From a virus, in IMG/VR virus record IMGVR_UViG_3300045125_000140, positions 89,214 through 153,213 of that record: DNA of 64,000 bases, one strand, 5' to 3'. Below the pieces are notes generated by a model that did no database searches, was not told where the DNA came from, and was given only the letters and a program-made list of their open reading frames with translations. Of the stretch, positions 47,481 through 58,100 are shown one piece after another (the first letter of the stretch is position 1; the number at the start of each line of letters is the position of its first letter). The translations under genes and the position numbers were made by a program.

Positions 47481-50104
47481 TTACCGTCCATCCTTTCCCA
47501 GTAGCGATGCTGGTATCGTCCGTCGCGGTCCCCCAGTTACCGGTTACCGTGATGGTTTGAGCACCAACAGCTGTACCTAAATTGGTGTATATCGTGTTTA
47601 ACTCGGCCGCGGCTAACTTGCAATTTTGATAAGAGTGCCCGTATTTCATGCCGGTGGTGTAGCCGCTGCGTATATTTATATTAGTAGCAAAACTAGATAC
47701 AGCCGCGGCCACACTTGTTAAATCTATGATTGGAAGAATCGTTAGCGCAGAGGCGCCTCCAAACACAGAGTTTGCGGAAGTGACGGAACCAAACGAAATA
47801 GATTCAATATAGGTTAGCGCGCTTCCAGAAAACATACTACCCACATCAGTGGCGCTGGGCGCGTTAATTTTAGGTAAAACTCTAAGACCGGTTCCGCTAA
47901 AACAAGAGCTGACATTTGTGGCTCTGGGAAAGTTAAATTGTGGAACAAAACTGGATGATGCCGTATTACCTAACATCCCGCTCACGTTAGTCGCAGACGA
48001 AGTGTCTATTGATGGGATATTTTTAGGCTATAACAGCTACTAAAGGTGCTACCGGTGTTTGTCACTAACGCAGTATTTATGACAGAAACAGATTTTAATG
48101 CGTGGCAATTAAAAAATGTTGCGTTCAGTGTCGTAGCGGATGCGGCATTTATTACAGGCACCTCTTCTAATAGATAACAGTTTGCAAACAAACCTGACAA
48201 ATTTGATGCTTTCGCAGCATCTAAATACTTAATTGATTTAAGAGAATTGCAATTTGAAAACATACTCGCTAATGTCGTACACGCAGCGGTATTTAAATAC
48301 CCCACTGATCTTAATCGGGAGCAGTTGCTAAACATAAAGCTAGCGTCGGTGACACTTCGCAAATCTAAATCAGGCACCTCTTGCAACTGCCTGCAACCAT
48401 TAAACATGTTTGATGTATTTAACAAATTTATAGAATTCATGGGAGGAATTCTAATTAACGATGCGCAGCTTGAGAAGGCACTTCCTCCATAAAGAGCGTT
48501 TGATGTTATTCTGACTGGTGCGTATTGTAGCGAGTAGCAATTACTGAAGGCCGACTGAAACGTAGTAACAGTCTCTGACGTTATTTCGGGCATAGACACT
48601 AATGACCGACAATCTGAGAAGGCGCTTTCGAGATTAGTTATCCCACTTGTCGTAAACGACGGAATAGCTGTAAGAAAATTACAACCAGAAAAACACTGCC
48701 TTAAATCTGTTGGCGTTGAGGGCGGTAGCGATATAATTTTTTCTAATCCGTAGCAGCCGAGCATCATGTTTACCCAGGAAGTCAGTCCTGTATTTGAGCC
48801 AACAAACTCAAATTGCTCTAACATTGCGGGCTTGCTTCCCGTTCCGAATCCTCCAATAACAAGTGTTGTTAAATTTTGACCCGCAACTTTTACATCCAAC
48901 CAGCCAGACATATAATCCGCCAAACCGGATTGATTATGCTTTATATTTAAATCAACTTTAGTTAAGTTTTGACCTGCTTGTGGCGTTATAGTTATTATTA
49001 CTACCTTGTAACCGCGAAACTCACTTTGTCCGCTTATCGCCGCATATTCCGTGGTAGTGTATTGTTTATACGCAGCTGTGTTAGATGTGTAGTTGTTAGA
49101 TGTTCCGTCACCCCAATCTACCGTGTAATTTCCTTGACACGTAAAAGCGACAAAATTTGAGTTATTGTTATATACCGCAAAGGCACCAACAAATTTTTGA
49201 TCCCCGTTGCTAACGGATGGTGAGCTCGGCCAACCACCTATAACTACCGTAGGTGGTTCTGCGTACTTGTTAGTAAATCCACTTAACGTGATACCTGTAA
49301 CCTGATTTGAGGATACTGTCGCTGTTGCTGACGCTCCTTGATTCATACCGTATATAAAAACTGTCGGGGCTGATGTGTATCCTGACCCATTTGCTGTGAT
49401 TGTTACGGTGTCTAAATCGGCTTGTATATAAGCAGTAGCTGCGGCATTCGAACCGCCACCACCTGAAAAACCTATTGCCGGTGCCGACGTATAGCCTGAC
49501 CCATTTCTAATTTTTGCAACAACTATTGCAGGTTTTACGCTTCCAGACGTGCTTATCGTAATTGCGGGTTGACCGATATACCGAGTTCCCGTAGTTCCGA
49601 ATGTTATAGCTGTGATGACTCCGTTAGTTCGAGTAACGCTAGTTATCGTTGCGGTCGTTCCTCCGGATGCGGGAGCTGAAAATGTAATTGTTGGATCTGA
49701 GGTGTAGCCTTCGCCCCCATAGATTATGTCGACGCCGTAAACTTGGTAGTAGCTGGTTACTGCGGTTATGGTGTTACGAAGTTCGCGTAACATAAGCTTC
49801 GGCGCCGCTGCCTCCTCCGCCTGTAAATGTTACCGTAGGATCAGATGTGTAGCTAGAACCAACGTTAGTTACACGGAAAGAAGTCACCGATCCATCTTTA
49901 AGAGACACAGTGGCGGTAGCTCCGGAGCCACCGCCGCTCGATGGCCGAACGTACGTATCCGCATAAGGATATAAACCATCATCTGTGTAGCCGGACACAA
50001 CAGAATACGTGTGATCTCGAGAACTAAACACTCCCTTAGCAACCGACAGCGGAATCTTTCGCCTCTACACCACCAATATACCCGTTATTTCCACGACTCG
50101 GCAT
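47473..50104 (-). CDS. fibre/adhesin with BspA/DUF285-type leucine-rich repeats (frameshifted into 3-4 ORFs)
   Basis: GGxGxGY..P.V...GGGG.GA.A repeats followed by more than 10 FSxCxxLxxxPxxxTxxxT units; ATG at 50104 after AGGAG. Confidence 0.7.
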
Positions 50105-50105
50105 A

Positions 50106-50459
50106 TTACACTCCTAAGAACCAGGCTACCGCTGTTTCGTCGGAACCGGCGCCGCCGGAGGGTGCCGCCCAAAAAACAGGCGGATCATTATTAATGTCGT
50201 AAGTGAGCACGTCGCCATCGTTTGCGGATGATGGATCTACGGTGTAGAGGCCACCAGATCCGTCACCGATGACCATCATTCCTAGTACTGTAAATTCTGA
50301 TAGCGGGACGTACGCGATCTCCTGAACTACGGTAGTGGAGGTCCCTAGGAAAAGTTTCTTGTCGGCGGTGTTGGCGAATATCTCGCCGACAAGAACTCCA
50401 GTTGTCGGAGTGGCGGCGCCCGACGTCGTCGATCTTCTAAGAACTATTCTGTTAGGCAT
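50106..50459 (-). CDS. small virion protein (tail-fibre N-terminal-type motif)
   Basis: MPNRIVLRRS...P....GEIFANTADKKLF. Confidence 0.6.
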   Translation of the reverse strand: MPNRIVLRRSTTSGAATPTTGVLVGEIFANTADKKLFLGTSTTVVQEIAYVPLSEFTVLGMMVIGDGSGGLYTVDPSSANDGDVLTYDINNDPPVFWAAPSGGAGSDETAVAWFLGV

Positions 50460-50484
50460 GTCCTGTGTTCCCCCTCATGATACA

Positions 50485-51885
50485 TCAGTACGTGCCGCCG
50501 TCAATAGTGCTGTTATCGTGAATCAACATGGTGGCGTCATGGTATCTGGATATCGTGATGGATGGAGTATTAGCCCAGTTGACATGATAAATGTCAAAGA
50601 TCCGGTAGTATTTCCGGAGATGGTGAATGCGCACGAGGTGGCTAAGATTGCCGCCGACCGTTAGCGTCCGCCCGCCGTTATTTATCGCCGGTTCCACCGT
50701 ACGTCGAGCCAATCATCGAACCTTGCCACGAACCAGTTCCAATCGTACCTACCGATGTAAGCGAGGAGCTTGTAACACCGCTGCCGAGCGTTGTCGCGGA
50801 GAGCACCGACGTTCCGGCGATCTTGTAGATCTTGGTGGACGCGAGATCCATGTGCTCGCTGCTTGTCCACGAGTCGGTAGCGTCTACCCAGTTAAACGTC
50901 TTGTCGGTGGCGCCTTTAAGCGTGATGCCGCCGCCGTCTGCTGTGACGTCTGTTGGCGTCGCTACGTCCGCCAAGTATTATGTTCTTGTCTTCGACAACA
51001 AGACTGGTGCTATTGATATTGGTTGTTGTACCGTTAACCGTGAGGTTTCCTGAAACAACCAAGCTCTTAACGGTTACGTCACCGTCCCCGTCGACGTAGG
51101 TCTGCAAAACATCTGATGGATCGTAAATTTCAAGCAAGTTCGCCGTCTGGGAAACAGATGCACTGATTTTCAACCCGACAACGTTTGATGTCAGATTTAT
51201 ATCATTTCGATTACTGGTGGTCGGTCCAGTGGTTAGATACTGCGTATGGTCGTCGTCCGCTAAGCCCGTTAAGAGGCCGTGATCGGTTACGCCCGAAGAC
51301 GGCGTCGCCCAGGCCAACGCTCCGGAAGATACCGTAAGAACCTGTCCGTTTGTTCCTATGCCGAGGCGCGAAACCGTGGCGCTTCCAGTTCCGTAAATAA
51401 GGTCGCCGGCCGTAGTTACCGTGGACTTGGGAATCAATCGTGTCTACGTAAGTTTTGGTCGCCGCGTCCTGGGCAGAGGTCGGATCGAGTACACTAGTTA
51501 TTGTTTGAGACGAGGCGTCGAAACCGACGTGCGGTATATCTTACCGGACGCGTTAACCTAGGCGATTGTATCGGTCAACACTCGCAGTTATTGCCAGTTC
51601 CGTAAGATTTAGCTGTCTGAGATGCAGCCGAGTTTTATAGTTAACCCGACTACGTTAGTAGTTCCAGTACACCTGAATAGTGTTCTGAGCGGCAGTATCA
51701 GGTCTGCTGCGTCAACATATCCGATTTCATTTACAGCGTTCGAGCCGCGTTACCGACCCACACCTTATGTCCGCGTTCTTCCACTGGTAGAAACGTTTAC
51801 AGCAAACTCGCCCTGAACCAGCGACGTAGGTATCGAGCACGGTGTGATTTGTCGTGCTATTTTTGATTTTAATTACATTGGCCAT
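50485..51885 (-). CDS. tail-fibre-like protein fragmented by multiple indels
   Basis: Fragments MANVIKIKNS..., DPTSAQDAATKTYVD, LTVNGTTTNINST..VEDKNIIL, ADGGGITLKGATDK, GGTG.NNGG, IDGGTY read in shifting frames. Confidence 0.6.
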
Positions 51886-52667
51886 TAGAAGGTACCCCCG
51901 TCAGTTACTTCTGACTGGTCACGAGATGTCCACGCCGATCCTGAATATGAGAGTAGGTCGGTCGCATTAGGAGACGCTGCATTAACATTGCTGAGGTCGT
52001 TCAGAGATAACACCTCTGACACCCAGCCCGCCGCGATCTTTCCAGAAGCTTGCGCCTTTACGACGGCGTTAGCTGTTGGCGTGGCGGTTATGTTATTTGC
52101 GGTGATATTTCCTGAGGCGTCGAAAGACGCCAAGGTAGTGCCACCGCTGTTTTGAATATTTAAAAGGTTGACCGTTTGCGAGGAGTGCCCTCGTACGGTT
52201 AACGGAATAAAATCGCCGGTTGGTTGAATAGTATTGCGGGTGCTCGTTATCGGCCCAAGTACCACCGAGTCGGTTGACGGGGCCTCGGAGCTAACCACAA
52301 TAGGGCGCCCAAGCTCATCTTTAAAAACAAACCCAGTAGTATCAAAATAATGAATCTGCTGGCCCGGAGCTAAAGTTGCCTTATAAAACTCACGTCGAGT
52401 TGTATTATCTTTTAATTTAAATATAACGGTCGAGGAGGCGGAGTCCTTGTTAATAACCGTCATAGATTTAATCTGCCGGTGCGTATCAACGGCCGGGGCC
52501 GGAATAATCAGAACATTAGTAGTTCCGCTCGTAGTTCCGTTAATCGAGCCTGGCGTAATCGAGGTCGTAGTTATGTCAACAAACGAGGCGGTATACGGCA
52601 ACTCTTCGAAAGTTGCCGAACCGGCTAGGGCTATCTCAATCGACAGCGTTGTTGACGTTAGAATCAT
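51885..52667 (-). CDS. virion structural/fibre protein
   Basis: Thr/Ser-rich, ends with DGGTF. Confidence 0.65.
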   Translation of the reverse strand: MILTSTTLSIEIALAGSATFEELPYTASFVDITTTSITPGSINGTTSGTTNVLIIPAPAVDTHRQIKSMTVINKDSASSTVIFKLKDNTTRREFYKATLAPGQQIHYFDTTGFVFKDELGRPIVVSSEAPSTDSVVLGPITSTRNTIQPTGDFIPLTVRGHSSQTVNLLNIQNSGGTTLASFDASGNITANNITATPTANAVVKAQASGKIAAGWVSEVLSLNDLSNVNAASPNATDLLSYSGSAWTSRDQSEVTDGGTF

Positions 52668-52984
52668 ATTCTAAGGGATATACGCGCCATTACTTGTGGG
52701 TGGGTGAGCCCGCCGCTAGATCCCCCAGAGACCGGAGCAGGCTCCCATTTTCCACTACTATTATTATAAATCAGGGCGTCTCCGTTAGCCGGATTATCCG
52801 CAGAAACGTCCGATAAGCTCGTAAGTCGGTCAATTACCGTCCCCGAATCGACCGTCTCGAGACGTCCATCTTTTCCGATCTGAACCGTAGCATTCGGATA
52901 CGAGCCCGGCAGCGGTGTTAGCTTTACGCCTTGCGCCGTGTTATCGGCAACTGATGTGGGTATATTTGTGTTTCTTGCGCCCAT
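52664..52984 (-). CDS. small fibre-type protein
   Basis: PGSYPNATVQIGKDGR and LSDV....NGDALIYN...KWEP fibre motifs. Confidence 0.6.
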   Translation of the reverse strand: MGARNTNIPTSVADNTAQGVKLTPLPGSYPNATVQIGKDGRLETVDSGTVIDRLTSLSDVSADNPANGDALIYNNSSGKWEPAPVSGGSSGGLTHPQVMARISLRI

Positions 52985-52990
52985 ATAACC

Positions 52991-55174
52991 TCACTGCGGG
53001 ACAACGCCGTAGAGTTCCGGCGGTAGCTGAGAGCCGGTGTACATAACAGTAGGGTCGGCCCACGGTAGTAGATTAGGATCCAAAGCCGTCGTAGACAGCG
53101 ACGGATTATACACGGGTGACGTTACGGTAAGGGGGCCGTTAGCCACTCTGTCTCCGATAGTCTCTATTGCTTGGGCCGCCTGAGCTCCGGTAGCCGCCGC
53201 GGCGTCTACCGCGTTCTTCCCGGCCTCGGCTAGGTTGCCTAGTGCCCCTGTAACCTGCGTCCCGGCGGCCTGAGCGGACCTACCAACCTGTTCGGCTACA
53301 GATCCAGGAATCTCTGCAAATGTGTTAAATGCCTTTTCTAGCCCGGCAGTCAGCCTTCCGGTATCGATGCTGAGATTGGACAAATCAATTACGGGATTTG
53401 GTATGTCGACCTGAACTTTTTCGATTGCGTCCGAGATGTTCTTTATATTGGTGCCTACCTCTTCAATAACGTCCGCGAACGTATTTACCGTACGAGTTCC
53501 GATGTCGATCCCCTGTACTGCCGTGTGCGACACAGCCTGAAATGATTCGTCAATAGCATTATTCAGAACGCTTTTGGCAAATGACCCGGACTTTTCGAGC
53601 GTGACGGTGGGGTCACGAAGTAGAGTAGTGATTCCGGTGGCTACTCCAGGAATGACGCCTCCTGGACCAACAACGACGTCCACGAATCCTTTACCGAGGA
53701 CGCCGGCTGCCTGCACCGCATCGCTGGCTATACCGTGAGCGAAGTCCACGACGGCTTTGAAGTTCTGGAACACCTTGTCCATTACGACGTTGACTTTGTC
53801 CGGATTAAGAGTCACCACGCCGCTGAGCAGGTTTTTAACATCGGTAAGGACCGACGTAACATCTTGGGCTAACGAAGTTAGCGTAAACGTGTTGTGGTGG
53901 ATCATCATAGCCGAGTTCATCATTATAGCGCCGGACGTGAGGTGTGCGCCCCAGGCTCTTTCGATAATCGCATAGTTGGCGGTTATCGAGGTAAGATCGC
54001 TGTCCATAGCGATCTGGCTGGCTTGAACTCCAAAGCTCTTTGCATTTATAGCGGTGTTATTGCTGTCAATAACTACCGATTTAGATTTTAAAACGATGCC
54101 CGTGTCGGTTATATGGATGGCGGATTCAGTTCCAGCCATCAAGGATATCGAGTTACGGTCGACAACGACGGTCTTGTTTTTGACCTTTAGGAGCATTCTA
54201 CCGACGTCGGTATCGAACTCTAATAGACCCCAGTCTCTGAAAATAGTTCGAGATCCGTGGACGGCTAATCCGGGACCTTCCTTAGTGAGATACCCCTCGG
54301 CATGGAATATCTCCAAAGTTCTTTTATTGTTGGCGCGATCTACTCGATCTAATCGGCGTCGAACAGTTTGAGTGTCGTGGTCGTGCTCGGTTACAAGGTA
54401 GTCTCCGAGTACCTCTCGGCGACCGCGTTTAACTTGCGGACGATAGAACAGCTCGGCGGGTCCCTGGGAATACGCTCCGCCAGGACTGGGAATAAACCCT
54501 TCGATTGTTTCGCGGTCTAGTCGGGCTTCCGTTCCGTTGGCTCGCTCTTTACTTTCGTTTAGCGGATCTGCTCTAACCTCTTCACGCAGAACGAGGCGCT
54601 TAGCTATATCACCCGCAAAGGTAGCATTCGTTTTAAACGTCAGCGTGTTCGAGTATCCGGGACCTCTCGTCACAAAACCTTGCGCCGACGTTATGATTTC
54701 GCGATCCTCTGCGTCGAAGTACTGGAAACAGCTGGCTGATGATTTTATTTCGATGCTGCCGAACTCGTAAGCGCGAATAAAATTTACAGGCTTAGAACCG
54801 TCGGCCGGTTTAGGAATTACGGACGCATCTCCGGAACCAGTCGGAACATTATCGGTAAAGTTTCTGAACGACGGCAGATTCGGCTTCGGCTTGTTGGAGA
54901 ACTTCTCTACGATGTTTCCCGTTATCGAGGCGATAGCCTCTTCGGGCGTCATCTGCCGCTGCTCATCGACGGTTTGCTGGGCTGGAGGAATAACTCCAAA
55001 GATAACCCATCGATCTCCGGATCTTCCGCAAACTACGCGCTCTCCAGTGACAAATCGGCGCTCTGCTCCAGTTACTAATTGGACAGCGTATACGGACCCA
55101 AATCCCTCCAACAGCACGCTATATACGTACGTGTCGGCGTTGAATACCGAGATGGTTCCGTTATATAGAATCAT
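52991..55174 (-). CDS. baseplate central spike (gp5/gpV/VgrG-like) with C-terminal helical extension
   Basis: N-terminal OB-fold-like GERVVCG...WVIFGV; short beta-repeat region (IVLKSKSVVIDSNNTAINAKS); PAAR-like gene nearby. Confidence 0.6.
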   Translation of the reverse strand: MILYNGTISVFNADTYVYSVLLEGFGSVYAVQLVTGAERRFVTGERVVCGRSGDRWVIFGVIPPAQQTVDEQRQMTPEEAIASITGNIVEKFSNKPKPNLPSFRNFTDNVPTGSGDASVIPKPADGSKPVNFIRAYEFGSIEIKSSASCFQYFDAEDREIITSAQGFVTRGPGYSNTLTFKTNATFAGDIAKRLVLREEVRADPLNESKERANGTEARLDRETIEGFIPSPGGAYSQGPAELFYRPQVKRGRREVLGDYLVTEHDHDTQTVRRRLDRVDRANNKRTLEIFHAEGYLTKEGPGLAVHGSRTIFRDWGLLEFDTDVGRMLLKVKNKTVVVDRNSISLMAGTESAIHITDTGIVLKSKSVVIDSNNTAINAKSFGVQASQIAMDSDLTSITANYAIIERAWGAHLTSGAIMMNSAMMIHHNTFTLTSLAQDVTSVLTDVKNLLSGVVTLNPDKVNVVMDKVFQNFKAVVDFAHGIASDAVQAAGVLGKGFVDVVVGPGGVIPGVATGITTLLRDPTVTLEKSGSFAKSVLNNAIDESFQAVSHTAVQGIDIGTRTVNTFADVIEEVGTNIKNISDAIEKVQVDIPNPVIDLSNLSIDTGRLTAGLEKAFNTFAEIPGSVAEQVGRSAQAAGTQVTGALGNLAEAGKNAVDAAAATGAQAAQAIETIGDRVANGPLTVTSPVYNPSLSTTALDPNLLPWADPTVMYTGSQLPPELYGVVPQ

Positions 55175-58100
55175 TTAGTCTTCTTTGGAAGTCCCGTGTC
55201 CGTAACACCGGTCATAGCTAACCGAGTGATGACGTGGCCGCTGGTTCCGGCGTCTGCCTTCAAACCAAGCATCGGTGCCTTCTTCATCGTTTCGAACAAA
55301 CGCTCGTGCATCATTCGGCCGATGAAGTCGTCGTTGTGGTGCGGCACCTTCTCGATGCCCAGCATATGAGTGTCGTAAACGATCTTTTTGGTGAGATGCT
55401 TGTTCATCTCTTCGATTGTGTTTACATCCATAATGTCGCCAATATGGATGTGCGCTTTTATGGCGTCACCAGGATCTCGGACTACGGCCTTGTTGGTCAG
55501 CGGCTTTACGACTGTTTCGAAGATCCGGCGCTTAATGTTCACGTCCGAGCTCTTGTAGATATTATCTACCTCGTGAATGATCGCATCCTGGACCTTCCGA
55601 ACATCGTTGGTAGCGTGAAGCAGATCTTGCGGACGGAGTAGGCCGCTCAGCGATATCTGCTCGCCGGCGTTAACCATCTGGTTTAGCTTGACCTTTAACC
55701 CGACTTCCTTGGGGACGTAGTGATTAACTTTGTTAATAACAACGTTCCAACCACCCTGCGTAGCCGGGGTTATTGAGGTGACCTTGCCCGCGACGTTCGC
55801 CAAAACCGACTTACCGGTAACGTTCTCGGGCAGCGAGAATATCTGATGGACGCGCTGATATCCGACGCTGTTGGTGCCTAAGCTGCCTGCCGTATGGAAG
55901 GTGCGGAGCGTAAGCTGCGTAGTCGGCTCACCGATGGTCTGGGCAGCAAGAATGCCGATATGGTATCCGATTGGATAGAATCGACCGTCTTCGCTTGCCC
56001 CGAAGCACATCTGGCAAGTACCGTTCTTCGAGCGGCAATACAGCGGGCTGCGAACTTTGATCGTCTTATGCTTAACCGAGACTTCGCGGATACGCGCGGG
56101 CGTGAGCAGGGTTCCGCGGAGCGGCCCGTTTGCCACGACGCGATCAACTACGTCCTTGCTGTCTATAGGAAGCTCAACGCCCTGATCGGTTCCGCAATCC
56201 TTCTCACGAATAACGTTATCGATATTTGCGTTTACAAGGAGCTTGGTCAGGTAGCCGGTGTCCGCCGTAGACAAGCCTTTATCCATCAAGCCGCGGCGAC
56301 CGCCAGGAAGCGTTGACCAGTAGGACCCGATGTCGAATCCTTCGGCAAACGACTTATTGATAATGATCGGGATCGTCTTGCCGGCGTGGTCCGTAACGGC
56401 GACAGGAGATGCCAACATTCGAGTGACCTGGCTCGCCTTGCCGCCCAGAGCGCCTGAGCCGGACGTCAAGGTTACAAAACGATTAGACGTATCCGAATGC
56501 ACATCCTTAGAGATCTGCTTGAGCGCGTCTCCGGCGGCCTGGCCGAAGCCGGTTTTGGGGATCTGCTTCTGGGCCACACCAAGAGCGTTGTCTCGCTTAG
56601 CAGTATCAAACTTCAGGTCTCGGAGAGATATAGAGAACCCGATCTCCGTAACGTAGTGATTGCCGAGATCCTTAAGAGTATTAACCAGCTTAGGAAGCTC
56701 AGTCGGCGTTTCCTTAGCTACACCGTTGATAAGTTCAGAAAGCACCTTAGACGTCATGGGTCCGGACAGCTTAAACTTCGCTGGGATGATGTGATTGAGC
56801 ATCACCATTCCAGGGCAGATTATCTTTCCGTTTACGGCGAACGCCGTGTTTGCATTGGCCTTCTTATTCTTGTACAGCGATACGATCTCTTCTTCGGAGT
56901 TCGCCTTTGCCGGCGCGCCCTCCGGCTTGCTCATCAAGTAGAGGCCGAGAACCGTCTCGGCCGCCGGAGCGTGCATCATCTTCCCGCTTGACGGCGAGAA
57001 GAGGTTTTTAGAAGGCAGCAACTTCTCCTTGAGTTCATGCTTGGCTTCCTCAGTGACCGGCACGTGAATACCGGTCGTATCTCCGTCAAAGTCCATATTA
57101 TAGCCTTTGACGATAAGAGGATTTACTTGCACGGCTCTCCCGTCTACGAGTCGTGGGTAAAACGCCATAACGTTAAACTTGTGGAGAGACGGAGACCGGT
57201 TCATGACTACCGGTCTTTCGGCCGCTTCCGCAAGCGCTGCCTTTATCGCGATTGGATCCTGCTTCTCGGTCATCTCGCGAGCCTGAACCGGCGTGTACCC
57301 AAGATTAACCAGGCGGCGAACAATGAACGGTTTGTAGATGGACATCGCCATCTCTTTAGGAATTCCCACCTCATCCAGGCCGAGCTTAGGATCAGGAATA
57401 ACCGTTGTTCTGGCCGAGAGGTCTTGTGGGCGAGAGAGGAGTCGGCCCTGGAAGAAGCCGGTCTTATTCTGCACACCCTTGATCTGCTCTAAGAAACCTT
57501 TGAAGTGGCTTTCGCGCGTAATCGGTTCAGTAAGGCCGACCAATCCGCTGACCGACTTGAACAGGTCGCCGCGAAGATCCTGGACTAGCTTAGGATCGAC
57601 TTTCATGCTCTTCATGTCCTTAAGAGCATTCGACACCATGAGAACTTCACGATAACCGTGATTAGCGTCGGCCACGTTCAACGACCCGTCCGGAAGTGGG
57701 TACACGGCTCGGAACTTCGGCGGAATAACCGGCACGTACTTATTCATATAAGCTTCGTGCGGCTTGAGGTTTATAGATTTTAATCCGAGCAGGTACCGGC
57801 GCTTTTTGTTATACGAGTCCAGCTTTTGCGCCGACTTCGTATTAAAGATCATTGCGTTTAGCTTGGACAACTCCGCGTCGACATCGATCTTAGACAGCGC
57901 TTCCTTGATCGCGTCTCCGCCGGTGTGCTTGTGTCCGTCGGTAGGAACTATCTTACCGTCTTGCAAGCCTTTGCGCCCGGCCATAATATCCAGAATAGTC
58001 GCTTCCGGAATACCCAGCACTGCAGCAACTGCTTTCGTCGCAAGCGGATTAACGATCGGCTCCGGCAGTTCGATATGATTCCAGTTGGTTCCGCCTATTC

